In this document: piece after piece, positions 22,309 through 34,841 of the stretch
Layout: the number at the start of each line of letters is the position of its first letter
Position numbering within the stretch: position 1 is the first letter of the stretch
DNA from: Schizochytrium sp. TIO01
Taxonomy: Eukaryota; Protista; Bigyra: Labyrinthulomycetes
Assembly: GCA_004764695.1 (NCBI GenBank)
Contig: SMSO01000004.1
Span: 930,001-994,000 of the forward strand
Length of the DNA stretch: 64,000 nucleotides
Direction: 5' to 3'
The notes under the pieces: generated by a model
Told to the model about the DNA's origin: nothing
Seen by the model: only the letters and a program-made list of their open reading frames with translations
Database searches by the model: none
Position numbers and translations under genes: made by a program

Positions 22309-24177
22309 TTAGTCCACGTGAATATTGTGATAAATACGCTTCACAAAAAGAGTGGCTGCAGCTGTGCCAATGGAGGCTGTCATGAGGCCGAGTGCCAAGC
22401 AGAATGTGGTCATGTACATCAGATAGTAAGTGAGCTGCAACGACCCGGTCATGTTGGTCTTGAACTGGTAAAAGTAAAGCGAATAGCACCAGACATAGAA
22501 AGAGGTTGATCCTGAAGCATAAAAGGTACACCACTGCCAGCGATAGTCCTCATGGTTAAGCATGAAGTAGGTAGCTACGACAGTGACACTTCCTGTGACG
22601 ATAATCAGAATGAGGTAGACCACAAAAAGAAAGCCAAAGACGTAGTAGAGCTTGAAAGCCCAAAAGGAGGTGAGAATAAAGTACATCTCGATGAAAATTG
22701 CACCGTATGGCAGCCAGCCTGCAAGAGGAATAATGACGAGGTGCTTTGTGTACCAGGGCTGCTCGGGGATCTGGCGAGGAAGTGCATTGACACGGCAAGG
22801 AAAGGCAGTACGCACACCCCAGTTGCGGCCAATAATGGTGCCAAGAATGTGAAGCGGGAGCGCTACAACGGACCAAATGAGAATAATGTAAACCAGAGCG
22901 CCGGTAGGGATGAGGACCTGTGTACCATGATATATTGATACGGCATTGAGCATGAGCACGACGAAAAGACACACGGATGGCAGCAAGAGTGCAGTGATGA
23001 TCATACAGATAATCCACTTTGGACCTTTCTTTGGCACAAAGTACTGCTGGTAAAGAACTGCTGAGGAATAGCCGCTCACAATTGAGGTCGCCGCGTAGGA
23101 AACCAGTGTTGCACTGATCAGGGCACCGGGATCAACATACAGGGATCCAGCTATAGCCATGAGAATGACACAGAGAACCATGGCTGTCATTTGCATACCG
23201 GCACCGAAGCATGCAGCATACAGGATGAGGTTTGGGGGGCGACGGAAGACATCACCATGAATCTGCTTCCACCCACTATCATCACCAAAATCCCTATCAA
23301 GACCATCCATCTCTCGGTCAGAGTCGTAGCGGGCCAGATCATTCTTAAGGGTGCGCATAAGGATGAGTGAGACAAGACCACAAAGGAAGACGACCATCAT
23401 GAAAGCGTTGAAAATGCTAAACCAGTGGATCTGGTGCTCGAAGAAACTGTAGTCAAGGTAACGGTTGAAGCGCTCGTTGAATGCCTTTTTCACAGGGACC
23501 CATTCAACGGAATAGGAAAATGTGAGCTTAACATTAGGTTCAACCTTGCGACGATCGCGAGAGCTCAGATTAACCTCAATGATTTGGTTTCCGTTATATC
23601 CAATCGTAAAGGCTTTATGGGTAAAGATATGGGATGGCATGATAGCATGCTCGTGGGAGGTATCCTTCTCAAGCTCTTCAAGCTCTTCTTTGGAAGCAGC
23701 AATCTCACCAACCATTCCCCACACGGGAAGGTCATCGATGAAGAGTTGATACCAGTAGTGTTGACTAATGGCATACTTGAATGTCGTCGCTTCTTCGGCT
23801 GTAAGAGTTTGCGAGCAGAGTTCGCGTCTCGGTACATTGATGCCAAAGTTCATGATCATGGCAGACTGCATGAGGTCATTGCCCTCGAGGATTTCGCCAA
23901 TGCCCACATACTTTTTCCTTGTGTGAAAGTTGCCTTCTGGGATGCAAAATGGCAAGCTGTAGTATGTGTATGTCTCCTGCGGATTGTGGTACGGGCCTAT
24001 CTTATTCAGCCAGAGCACCACGGGCTCCTTTTCTGCGTACGTATGGGTGTCCTCACCGGCATGCGTGGGTGACACGCTGGCCAGGCACGCCAAGCACGCC
24101 AAGGCCACTCGCACCCATGAGACCCCTGAAGACCTCATGGGTGGATAGCTCGCACCAACTTCGCAAGCAGTGACCAT
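22309..24177 (-). CDS. TM9SF3: Transmembrane 9 superfamily member (nonaspanin, TM9SF3-like)
   Basis: Signal peptide, NKIGPYHNPQETYTYYSLPFC, FEHQIHWFSIFN, GWKQIHGDVFR, C-terminal IYHNIHVD. Confidence 0.93.
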   Translation of the reverse strand: MVTACEVGASYPPMRSSGVSWVRVALACLACLASVSPTHAGEDTHTYAEKEPVVLWLNKIGPYHNPQETYTYYSLPFCIPEGNFHTRKKYVGIGEILEGNDLMQSAMIMNFGINVPRRELCSQTLTAEEATTFKYAISQHYWYQLFIDDLPVWGMVGEIAASKEELEELEKDTSHEHAIMPSHIFTHKAFTIGYNGNQIIEVNLSSRDRRKVEPNVKLTFSYSVEWVPVKKAFNERFNRYLDYSFFEHQIHWFSIFNAFMMVVFLCGLVSLILMRTLKNDLARYDSDREMDGLDRDFGDDSGWKQIHGDVFRRPPNLILYAACFGAGMQMTAMVLCVILMAIAGSLYVDPGALISATLVSYAATSIVSGYSSAVLYQQYFVPKKGPKWIICMIITALLLPSVCLFVVLMLNAVSIYHGTQVLIPTGALVYIILIWSVVALPLHILGTIIGRNWGVRTAFPCRVNALPRQIPEQPWYTKHLVIIPLAGWLPYGAIFIEMYFILTSFWAFKLYYVFGFLFVVYLILIIVTGSVTVVATYFMLNHEDYRWQWCTFYASGSTSFYVWCYSLYFYQFKTNMTGSLQLTYYLMYMTTFCLALGLMTASIGTAAATLFVKRIYHNIHVD

Positions 24178-25270
24178 TGCGTTGAGCGATTGCGAGTTTT
24201 CCTGGGTGTGATTGACTGACTTCTTTACTCCTCTTCATCGCCTAATAAACCTAGCTAGGTCGTATTCGTGTAAAGATCAATTTTTAATCATTGAACAAAA
24301 ATGCGCAACTTCTCATTTCCGTCACTCTTTTCTTCGCAAGCCACATTAAATTAAAATCGCTGAGGTTGGGAATTTGTGCAATGAGCAGTCAAGCTCTGCA
24401 CTCATCCAGCTTCAGAAAGACCTTCACAAGTTCTCGTGATGACTGACCAATCCAAGTATCAATCATAAGCTAGCTCCACATGAGTACGCACCAAAGCAAT
24501 GCATGTAGCCGCCCCTACCCATAACCCTAGTGGTGCTCTTGCAGAAATGAAAACCACTGTCACCGTCTCTCGCCACCTCACTCACTCTAAGGGTTGGAGC
24601 GCATATACCCTGTTAGCAGTTGGTAGTGCTAGTACCAGATTGGCTCCAATCATCCCAGAGCACCAGAGAAAGCGTTATACTTCGACTTCAGTCATCATGA
24701 TGATGACCGTAAAAATACGAGAACGACGATGAGAGCTTCCATGAAATCAAGGACACCTCTTCCGTCTGCCTCTGCGACCATGGCACCAGCCTCTGGAGTT
24801 GAAGGCTCCACGAAGCGCCCTGAACCTGCCTGGCCTAATCAGGGTTCAACAGCAACATCATCATCGTGAAGATGGGATTGAACGTTCCACAAGTTCCATG
24901 CGATCCATGTGTTCCGCAACTTCCAGAAGGTACAGAAGATCCTAACGTTCTATTTATTCTAAAAGCTCCAACGCAAGCTCTACATTGTTCCATATGTTCC
25001 GCACTCGCCGCGGCGTGGCGTGGCTACCCTCTTCAGTAGCTGCAGTTTGTAGCCTAGTGACTAGTAGGCTCAGTCTACCCTTAGAGTCTAGTCCGAAACT
25101 AGCATATATAAAGCTGAAGGAAACATAAGTTTACAGTGACTCTGTAAGGTTTGGAGAGACCTGGTTTCTCTGGTGGCTTGCCTTTGGCTTGGAGGATGGA
25201 GAGCGGCGAAGAGACCGAAGCCTGCACATCTTTGGGTATCAGTTTTCTTTTGGCGGAATTGACTGAAGTG

Positions 25271-25313
25271 TGAATGAATGAATGAATGAATGAATGAATG
25301 AATGAATGAATGA
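25271..25313. repeat. (GAAT)n microsatellite
   Basis: Direct tandem repeat. Confidence 0.95.
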
Positions 25314-26711
25314 GTGCGCTCGTTCGTTTGAGTCATCCATCCCACGCCACTGGGGGGTTAGGTGCCAGGTAGTTCTAGTAAAATCTCTAGGTAGTCCATT
25401 CACCGAAGCACTATAAAAACAGAGGGGGGCTGCGTGGGCATGCCGAGACAGTCTTGCCAGGGTCGGTGCCTATCGTTGCTCATACTCTTCACTCGCTGGT
25501 CCACTCACTGACTCAGGGCTTCGTCTTCTCACTCGCTCGCTTGCTTGCTTGCTTGCTCTTGCCTCATGCGCGGATCCAGGTCAACGCACAGCCTAAGTAG
25601 TACAACGATGCAGCACCATTCAGTAACAGCGGCAGCCGGACTCTGAAGGTAGTACGGAGTAGCAAGCTAACCCGATGCTCGGTTCGGTTGGATGAATAAC
25701 TTGAGAGCAAAGAGATCACGAGGATGGACTTATTTTCCAGCCGAGTCTAATGGTGAAGCGAACTCAGGCGAGCGGCCAACCAGTCGCAAGGTTAGTTCTC
25801 GGGAAATTGACACAGAGCAATAGTGGAGTATGTGTTGACCTAGAAAGAACAGTGGCAGGTATGCGCGGAAACTAGCAAGCTATGTTGATCTTTTAGGGCG
25901 AACAGAAGTTTGGAATACGCTTACTCAAGTACATCATCATTTTTTTTTTTTCATGGTAGATTATATCATCAATCATGTGGGAAGAGATTGTTCTCAATAT
26001 AGTGCCGCCGTATGAATATGTTATTTCGAAGGCCGTGAGCTTCGGGCTAGTATGTTCCCAGCTAGATCCTACGGAAAGGTATATTGCATTTAATCTCATC
26101 AAAGCCATGTATTGGTTTGAAGAATCGAGTAGTATGCTGAGGGTACTGGTGATTTTCTATTTTCTGTTGATCGATGAGGAATGATTGATTAGAAATGAAG
26201 AGGAAGATGGATAAACAGACGAAAAACTTACGATGAGGTCTTTCTGGTGTCTCCATGACTCCTAAGCATATGAATTGAAATCTGCCTCTTCCCGTGTTTT
26301 ACTGAGGCTCGCAGATATTTATGGCACGTGTCATTGTTTCATCTATCAGGTTCTGCCGCATAATCTAAGCAAGAGGCAAACTCTTTGATAATCTCCACTT
26401 GGAGAGACGTTTCGTCGATCTATCGGGATAAATTACCTTTTCAGACTTCCGACGATAAGGAAACTAGGTGAGTGCAAGAATTTTAACCTAACACGCCATG
26501 CTTCAAGAGCGATAGAATATATGAGGTTTTCAGTTGCATCAATTCCAACAGACGTGAGATTTTATGCGTTCACGCAGCTGTAATTTATCCCACTATATTC
26601 ATGTAATTAGAGACAAGCGGTCTTTTGGCGAAGTCACGTCTCCAACTTAACAGGCGCCGCATACATATCCTCAAGATTCCATTCGAGATCCCAAGCTTCG
26701 ACTTCAGCTGC

Positions 26712-26726
26712 GTTCTAGAACGTTCT
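26712..26726. promoter_or_regulatory. Perfect three-unit heat-shock element-like site
   Basis: gTTCt aGAAc gTTCt matches nTTCnnGAAnnTTCn; function not shown. Confidence 0.3.
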
Positions 26727-27070
26727 ATATCTCGCCTTGGTATCTACTCCTACTCCGTAGATAGCAAAGTACTATGCAGTACCAAATGCCTAGATTTGCG
26801 CCTAGTACATATTCCTTCGAGTCCTTTTTACAAAAAAAAATAAATTAAATAATGTTTTAAATTAGAATTTAGTTTCAAGAAGTGAAAGCAAGACGGCGCT
26901 CTTTATATCAACCCGATGGTCGCGCGCTCCCACTGGTCGCTCATCTTTGTACTATGGGTCATTTTTATTGGGTGACCCTGGCCTTTGGTTCGGGGAAAAG
27001 GGAAACTCCGGGCAGACTTGGCAAATTGATGTATTTTATGTAATTAAAATATGGCGGGGACCAAAGCATG

Positions 27071-27099
27071 GAATGAATGAATGAATGAATGAATGAATG

Positions 27100-27169
<70 letters not shown>

Positions 27170-27199
27170 CGATTGATTGATTGATTGATTGATTGATTG
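27071..27199. repeat. Compound (GAAT)n(GATT)n microsatellite
   Basis: Direct tandem repeat. Confidence 0.95.
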
Positions 27200-27626
27200 G
27201 GCGTGTACCTACTTAGTTGTGTAGTTCTAGCTCTGCTGCCTCTTTAGATCTCTGGGTTAGCGCCAAACCAAACCAGACCAAATTAATTAAACCTCTATCG
27301 TGTATCGGAAAGTAGCACTTTACCCATGCTTGAACCTCGTTTCAAAGTTCTTTCTTACTTTCATTGTTTTATCAAGTTCACAAGGAAGCAAAAGAAAGAA
27401 ATTTTAATCTTGAAAATAAATAAATAAAAATTAAAAACACCAAAAAAGTGCCTACTGCTACTACTATCTACCCTTTTCCCCTACACAACCAAATCCTGGT
27501 CGAGCTCGTTTCTCTTTTCTCCGCCTTCCTGCCTATATACTCCTTAGCTTACTTGATGAAGGAAAGAATCCTCACTTCTTTCTCAGCTCATCAGCTCAAA
27601 CCGGCGTTTTCTCTTTCTCTTTCTGC

Positions 27627-27668
27627 AAGAAGAAGAAGAAGAAGAAGAAGAAGAAGAAGAAGAAGAAG
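27627..27668. repeat. (AAG)14 microsatellite
   Basis: Direct tandem repeat. Confidence 0.95.
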
Positions 27669-29140
27669 GCTTCGAAAGCCCTTCCACGAGCGCCTTCATC
27701 GGCTGGCTTGAGCCGCCTTTCAACGGGCCCCTGAGCGCCGTCCATGGCCATCTATAACTCCGCTCGCTCAGAGTAAACTAATTAATGAATCAATCAATGC
27801 ATGAATGCTTTGAGCGCTTCTTTTGTTTTCACAGCCGGCCCCTCTTATCTCCGGTAACTCTGGGGCCGCTAAGTGATGCCGCCGCGCGGACCCTCGCCAA
27901 GGTCCAACTAGTGTGCACGGAATGCAAAGGCTGTTCGGCCTGAGGAGAGAGGGCGGCGAGGCACGAGAAAATAAGAAGCAGAAGCGCAAGCGCAGATGAA
28001 AAGCCGCTCCGGAGGGCGCTCTGTCCTGCTACCGGGGTAGAAGAGGGTGCGTTTTTGCCAGACTCTTGTAATCTACCCCTGCCTCAGGGTCACCTTTACT
28101 CGCTTGGCCTTGGCCACCTCAACTGTTGCTTTTTAAGCCAGCTAACAGAAGAAGAGAACAGAACACTGATTCCTAGTAGTACTTAGGTCTATAGTCGCTG
28201 TTATGGTTGTGTTTATTTATTGATTTTTAATTAATTTAAAAATCATTATCATAATAATTATCATAATAATAAGAAAAGTTTTAAAAGTTCAACTAACTTT
28301 TTATGAACAGGCTCAGCCAAGCTCAAGCCGTTTGTTTAAAAACAAGCAGACTTAAAGGATTCATTTAAAAACGATTAATTTTAATTGAAAGAATATGGTA
28401 ATTAAATGTTACCGAAAATACCTTCTCATGAAAGGGCGCGAGAGGAGGGAAGCGACGAGCGATGAGCAAACGGCTCGAAACTCAATGTGCAGGCAGGTCT
28501 ACGCGAAGCAGCATCCGCCCATACGGTGTGCCTGCCTGTTCACTCAGATCGAAGCACCGCAGCCTTCTCCACCTTCGTCCTGCAAAAGCATGCCATGACC
28601 TCCTCGAGGCTGGCGTTGCATTGCAATGCAATAGATTGGCAGCAGAATGGTGTCACTTCCTCCTCATAGTGAGTGCGTTGAGTTGGTTGCCATAAATTAA
28701 TTCGTGACAGAGAAATAAATAAATAAATAGTAAATAAGTACACGAATCAGCCGGAGGTTCTATGGAGAGAACTCCGCACCAAAGCTTGAGTGGAGGAGCC
28801 CATGGGCGATTGCTTTGGCTTGAGCCTTGGCCCAAGTTTCCAGAAGACTTACTTTGGTATTTAACTCTGGCTCTGTGCTCGAGCTCAGAGGAGCAGCTCA
28901 CCATTTGTGCTCCACATTGGGGCTCACATTGCCTGCCAGCGCTCTTTGCCAATTAGACTCACGGAGCTCCCCCTCTCACACAAAAAAAGAACGAAAGGAA
29001 GCGCAAAAAAGTAAAAGCTGAGAGAGACAAAAAGAAACGCGACGTGTGCATTTATTTCCATCTTTATCCTCAAGTTTCGCCAACTAACTGGCGCTTATAA
29101 ACCGTTTATTTCTCTGAGCTTAGCTGCAGGTAGGCAGGTG

Positions 29141-29355
<215 letters not shown>

Positions 29356-30240
29356 CAGTAGTAAAAGTCCAAGATGAACTATCATTCTTTCAAGTTCTTT
29401 TTTTCTGCTCCTCGAAGCTTTCTCATGGTCCGTTTGAGTTTTCCCTTTCATTGGGGCTATTAGAAAACTAATGAGGTATTGTGGTCGCTAAGATCGGAAA
29501 GGCATCATCGCCAAGCCTTGATTGGAGGGGTGGGTGACATCAGTCATAATTCTATTTTCTACGGTGCCTGCTCATGTCTCGCCAAGGAATTAGATGTGGG
29601 CCCAGCTTAAGCAACCCCAACAGCCCTCTCAGTCTTTCGATTTTAGTTGTTTGGTTTTTAAGTTATTATTACCAAAATTACACTTCCTGAAAGCACTTTC
29701 TACGTTACTACTGTAAAAAATACAACGCTCACGCATTCAATTTGTTGATAATGTATTTTCTGTAAGCTAATGAAGTTGAAATGGTAAAGAGTTATTTATT
29801 TAAAAAAATATACTTTAAAAAAAAATTAAAGTAGTAGGTACAAAGGCTCAAGCAGCAACATCATGAACTACTTCTCTGATTTCTATTTATAAATACAAAT
29901 TATACTTTTATTCATTCATCCACGCATTCGTTGATCACATTTATATCCCTACTGCTAGGCACGCCTATACCGAACAGGACGATGTTGTAACTTTAACATT
30001 CCTACCAATCGATAAGAAAAGTGAATGTTGAGGCTTTTCAATCAATGAGCGAAAGTGTTCGGCAAGTGACTCGAAGGCAGTACAGCACGTACTATTGCTA
30101 ACACACAGATGCTTCGATCAATTCAGACTTTCTTGACTGAGCTTTTAAGAGTGGAGCTTTTTCTTTCTCTTTCTGCTAGCAATCCATAGCCAGTGAGTCT
30201 GTCAGTCAGTGGTACCCCTACCTACCTCTCTTTTTCACTC

Positions 30241-30288
30241 GTTTAATTGTTTACTTGTTTAATTGTTTACTTGTTTAATTGTTTACTT
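30241..30288. repeat. 16-bp unit x3 (gtttaattgtttactt)
   Basis: Direct tandem repeat. Confidence 0.9.
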
Positions 30289-30589
30289 TAAAATAAAATA
30301 AAACTTTCAAATCGAACAAACACAGAGGGCTGTTTCTTATTTTAAAACAGGACAGGAAACAAATGGCTACTGACTTGAGTTGATGTGTGAGTGAGTGAGT
30401 GAGTGGTGAGTGAGCGGGAGGATGTTTTCTTCTTCTGTTCTGTTCTGTTCTGATCTGAAAGAGTCTTCGAAGCAGCGCCAGAACAGCACTAGCTAGGTAG
30501 ATCGGTGGTAAAGACAGCTGCTACAGAGAACCAGACGGCGAGATAGTGCCTAAGCAGCCCTCCTCTTCGAAGAGCGCAGGGGGCAGGAT

Positions 30590-30639
30590 GCAAACGAAGC
30601 AATCGCAAACGAAGCAATCGCAAACGAAGCAATCGCAAA
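30590..30639. repeat. 15-bp unit x3.3 (gcaaacgaagcaatc)
   Basis: Direct tandem repeat. Confidence 0.9.
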
Positions 30640-33600
30640 AGAAGAGGAGGAAATTACATATGATTTAACTGCCTATTATAACTAGGCAGCTTTGGAAGGA
30701 AAGGAGTTGTGGCTGAAAGTGATTAGGAAGATGGGTAGATGCTATAGTAGCAGTTTAGCGAGAACTAAAGCGCTGATTCATAGCTGAAGAAATAACAATA
30801 ATAAATAATCAAAGAAGACGCATTGGAATAAATGAAAGATATAGAGGAAATCGCTCAGAGGGGAAAATATATTAATTAATTAAACAACTCACTTCTGAAA
30901 ATCATGGTTATTGGGAGAGGGTGAGTGTTTCTTTCAAGAACAAATTTTTATTGAGTATGCACAAATATTGTATATTGCTATTATTGCTCATTTATTTCAA
31001 AGATAGAGAAACTGAAATGAAATTACCGGGAGAAAAACAAACAAGGAGGCGGTGAGCTTTTTAAGCCTCAGTGGGAGAAAGAACAAAGGCTTAGTTGAGT
31101 AAAAAGTAAACTTGGCCTGAGGAAGAGGCCCTTTTGCCGCTGTAACACCTTGAAACACTTCACCTTTCCCCCTCTTCACCACTAGTACAAATGCTCGCGC
31201 GGGCCTCGTGGGTCTCTTAGGCTTCAATCAACCAGAACCCTTTCTTAGTCAATCAATCAATCAAGCATTGCAGGAAAAGGCAAAACTTAAAGGCCAAGTG
31301 CCGCTCTGCTCATTCACTTGGAGGGTTTTACAGTGAGTCAGTCTGTCAGTCTATCGGTCAGTAGATCGCTCACGCACAGCGTGTTCATGAGTTCTTCCGG
31401 TGAAAGAGTTATAGCTATGTGGTTGTAGGTATAATAAGGTAAATAAAGCATCTATCTATCACTCCTTGATGATGCAGTGCTCTGGCGTACCACAGCTTTT
31501 TTCAAAGCTTCAAGAAGGCAGAAAGAAAAGCGTGTTCTTCGGAGGCGCTTGTACTGTACCTTCCTTTCCTCATCCATCCATCGATGACAGTAGTTTTTAT
31601 TTCAATTTTGTTATTTTTAATATATTGTTTTTCATAAAAAAAGTAAATAATCTGCCTGATGAGGTTTGTTCATCCTTGCTTGGTTGTTCCTTTCGGATTG
31701 TTTGGAGCTTCTAAGAGTATTCAAAATCAGGAAATACTTCGTGCGATACCTTCAGCATAGCATAGAGCGCTTTCCAATTCCGGGCGCGCCAAAATCGCTT
31801 GCGCCCTTAAGGATCTCGTATTTTGTTCCTTCCTGCTCTGAAGCTGCTGCACCAGGCTAGACGCATAGAGTACACAGGTCCTTTGTGGATTCGCTTGCTT
31901 GCAGAGAAATGGGCGCTCCCTCCCATTACTAACATCCCCAAACAGCGGGGCTCCCCCCAAATCCTGTAATGCCTGCCGGAAAGTTCTCTTTCCCCTGCCC
32001 GTGCTTACGCCTACACAGCCTCGTTCACCTATTTTCACAAAATCCATCAGGGCCTTTCCTTTCAATTTTCTTTCTAGGCTGCTTTTTTACAGCCACGGTG
32101 CTCGGAACATCTCCAAACAGCATGCTGCTCAACTACACACGTCGGCACCGGACTTCTGCTCGCGCTCCGTTGTTTCGAGAGGGAGGGGCCGCGGCCGTAG
32201 GCTCTACTCCTCGCTCTGCCGGAAAGGGCGAGAGAGGGCGAGAGAAATCGCCGACTTGGACGCCACTTCGCTGCCTAAAGAACAGGGCGTTGAAAATCCT
32301 GTTTACGTATTTCCTGATTATCTGTTTATTTTATTTGAAAGTTAAAATAAGGAACAAAGGAATCATCGACACAAGTATGTGAACTTGAGCATTGACCGTA
32401 CGTAGTTAAATGAACAGAATTTAATCAGGATAGTATCCTAAAGTTTTCTAATTCAATTCAATTTTACTTTTTTTTAAAGGTGCTTATTATTGGTTTTACT
32501 TTGATTTAAATAATAAATAAATATATTTAATAAATACTTTGAAAAATGGCAAGTACCTATGAAGAGAATAGGACTGTGTGCAGGACACGCCGCTGCTCTA
32601 ATGAAAAAACAATGCAGAGGGCTTAGGAAGTACTTATCTATAGCTAAGAGCGGCCTCGATGAGATACTGAGATCTTTCAGATTGTTGACCCCAAAATGCC
32701 AAAGTTTGGGCAAAAGATCGACATAAGCACAACCAGGCTGCATTTTTCAAGGCCGAGTCGGCTGCTCAAGATTCCTTGCCGTCTGGTGTAGAGCTCGAGT
32801 AGCAGCAGCAATGAAAGCTCGCGAGAAAAGGGCATGCGTGCTCAATCCACGCCTCCGAAGCGTCTTTGCAACTCCTCCATAAAATAATCCTTAGCCAAGC
32901 CAGAAGAAAGAAAACGATCGCACTTAGTTTTACTTTGCACTACTCCAGGGATGTCTAACTTTATCCTTGAGAGTGGTACAATACATACAAAGACAAACTC
33001 ATGCCACAACCGCCAGCGAGGTCGATATTCGAGTGCAAACGACGGCGCTGCAGGCATGCATAAATCCATCCAGCTGGGGCTGCAAAAATGCAGGAACCGC
33101 TGCATCCTCCCGCCCTGCCAGAAAGACAGCTTCTCGTCATTACCCGTCCATCACCACGCAGAAGACAACTTCGTTAGTTTTGTATCCATGTATATATGTA
33201 TTTATGTATCCCAAAAGAAAATTGGGGTCCTGCGAATTGGGTTCTGCCATTTATTGATTAATTAACTGCATCACATCTACTCCTCTGAAGCCCCAAGTCA
33301 AAGAGAAAGAGGCCTTTGCAATGGAGGTGAACCGCGTGGGGAAGACCGTACTCGAATGCAAGCCCTGCATTCTCCTCGGTGGGAACGGCCTGCGCTCTCC
33401 AGGGTCTTCGGCGGCCTCGAGCAACGAGGTCGAAGCCGCCTCTTCCGGCCTCTTTCCGCGCGCCTCTGAGAACGAACGAACTGCCTCAATCGACTTCGCC
33501 TTTGCTTTCTTTCTGTTTCCACCTGGAGGATCAAATCATCGAAAGTAATCTTCGTGGCCTACCCTTTAGCCTAGTCGCACCCTACCCATAGAGGTACCTG

Positions 33601-34177
33601 ACTAACTAGCTCCTAGCTAAATAGCTCACTAGCTAACTAACTAACTAGAGAACTAACTAACTACCTCCGTCACGTAGCCAGCCACGCCGTGTGGGTAGGC
33701 AGCTATTAGCTGACCGTAGCAGCGCTAAGGTGCCCGGCTGACTAAATATCATTTGGCAACAGCAGAAAACCCTGCAATAGACAAAGAAGGCCAAGGTGGA
33801 AAGGTAACTAACTCGCTGCAGAGAAAGAAAAAGCGCTGCCTCCGCCGGCGCCGTTAGAGTTTTCAGGGCCGTGTCTTTACTAATCTTATAGGGTAAGAGG
33901 GAAGGTGACGGCTGCTTTAGTGAGGTACGCCCCGTCTCCCTCCGTTGGAGAGGCTGCAACAACACAGGCAGGAGCAGAAGCAGCGAGCTAAGGAGGCAAA
34001 GCCACCACTCAATGTTGGCTGGCTCAGTTCGCCTCACTTGTCAAAAGCTGTCTAATTATATTTTTACATCGCGAAACAATTGACTGTGGTGTTGAAACAA
34101 AACAAGTTTGAGCCTCAAGTGGTAGAAAGTTTAAAAGTCAGCTTCGCTGTGCTGCTGGCTGAGAGCTTTTTCCTTTT

Positions 34178-34216
<39 letters not shown>

Positions 34217-34809
34217 CTTCTTTCACTTTTTCTCTCTGCTTTCTCTCCAGCCTCTCCTTTCTTTCCCAGAGGAGAGCGCGGCAGCCCTGCGGTTAGTTGG
34301 CTCCCTCTAGCTAAGCTACGCCCGTTCTGCGCCTTGAAAAGACTCTTTATATAACGACGCCTCCCATGTAACTGTTGGCTAACCTAAGAGGACCTACCCC
34401 ACCGCTCCAGGGATGGGAAAGCAGGCGGCATTCTAGCTAGCCAGCGAGACAGGACTTTCTCTCTCTCTCCGTTTCCTCTCTCAGGCACACACATATCACA
34501 CAGTACTTACTACTGCCTGCCTGCCTGCCTGTGCAAGAACCAAAGGAAGAGAAAAAGGAAGAAAACATCCATCTGCAGCATTGCGTGGAACAGTGATCGG
34601 CTCGCTCCCTGTTTGTTTCTTCGGACGAGTGGCCATCTACGCATACATGTCGCTGGGAATAAGACTTTAGCTGCGCAGAATAGCAGTAGGTAGGCGCTGA
34701 GGCTGCTTCCTTGGAATTAAATGCAGGACGGCTCGATACGACTTGAGTGTACGAATGTATATAAAGAAGCCCGACATCAGTGCTTCCAAAAGAATGAATG
34801 AATGAATGA

Positions 34810-34841
<32 letters not shown>

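Noticed and set aside
23425-24072. 215-aa plus-strand ORF
   Set aside because: Antisense shadow of TM9SF3.
30241-30639. Short direct repeats as a possible CRISPR-like array
   Set aside because: Tandem units without spacers, no cas genes, eukaryotic context.
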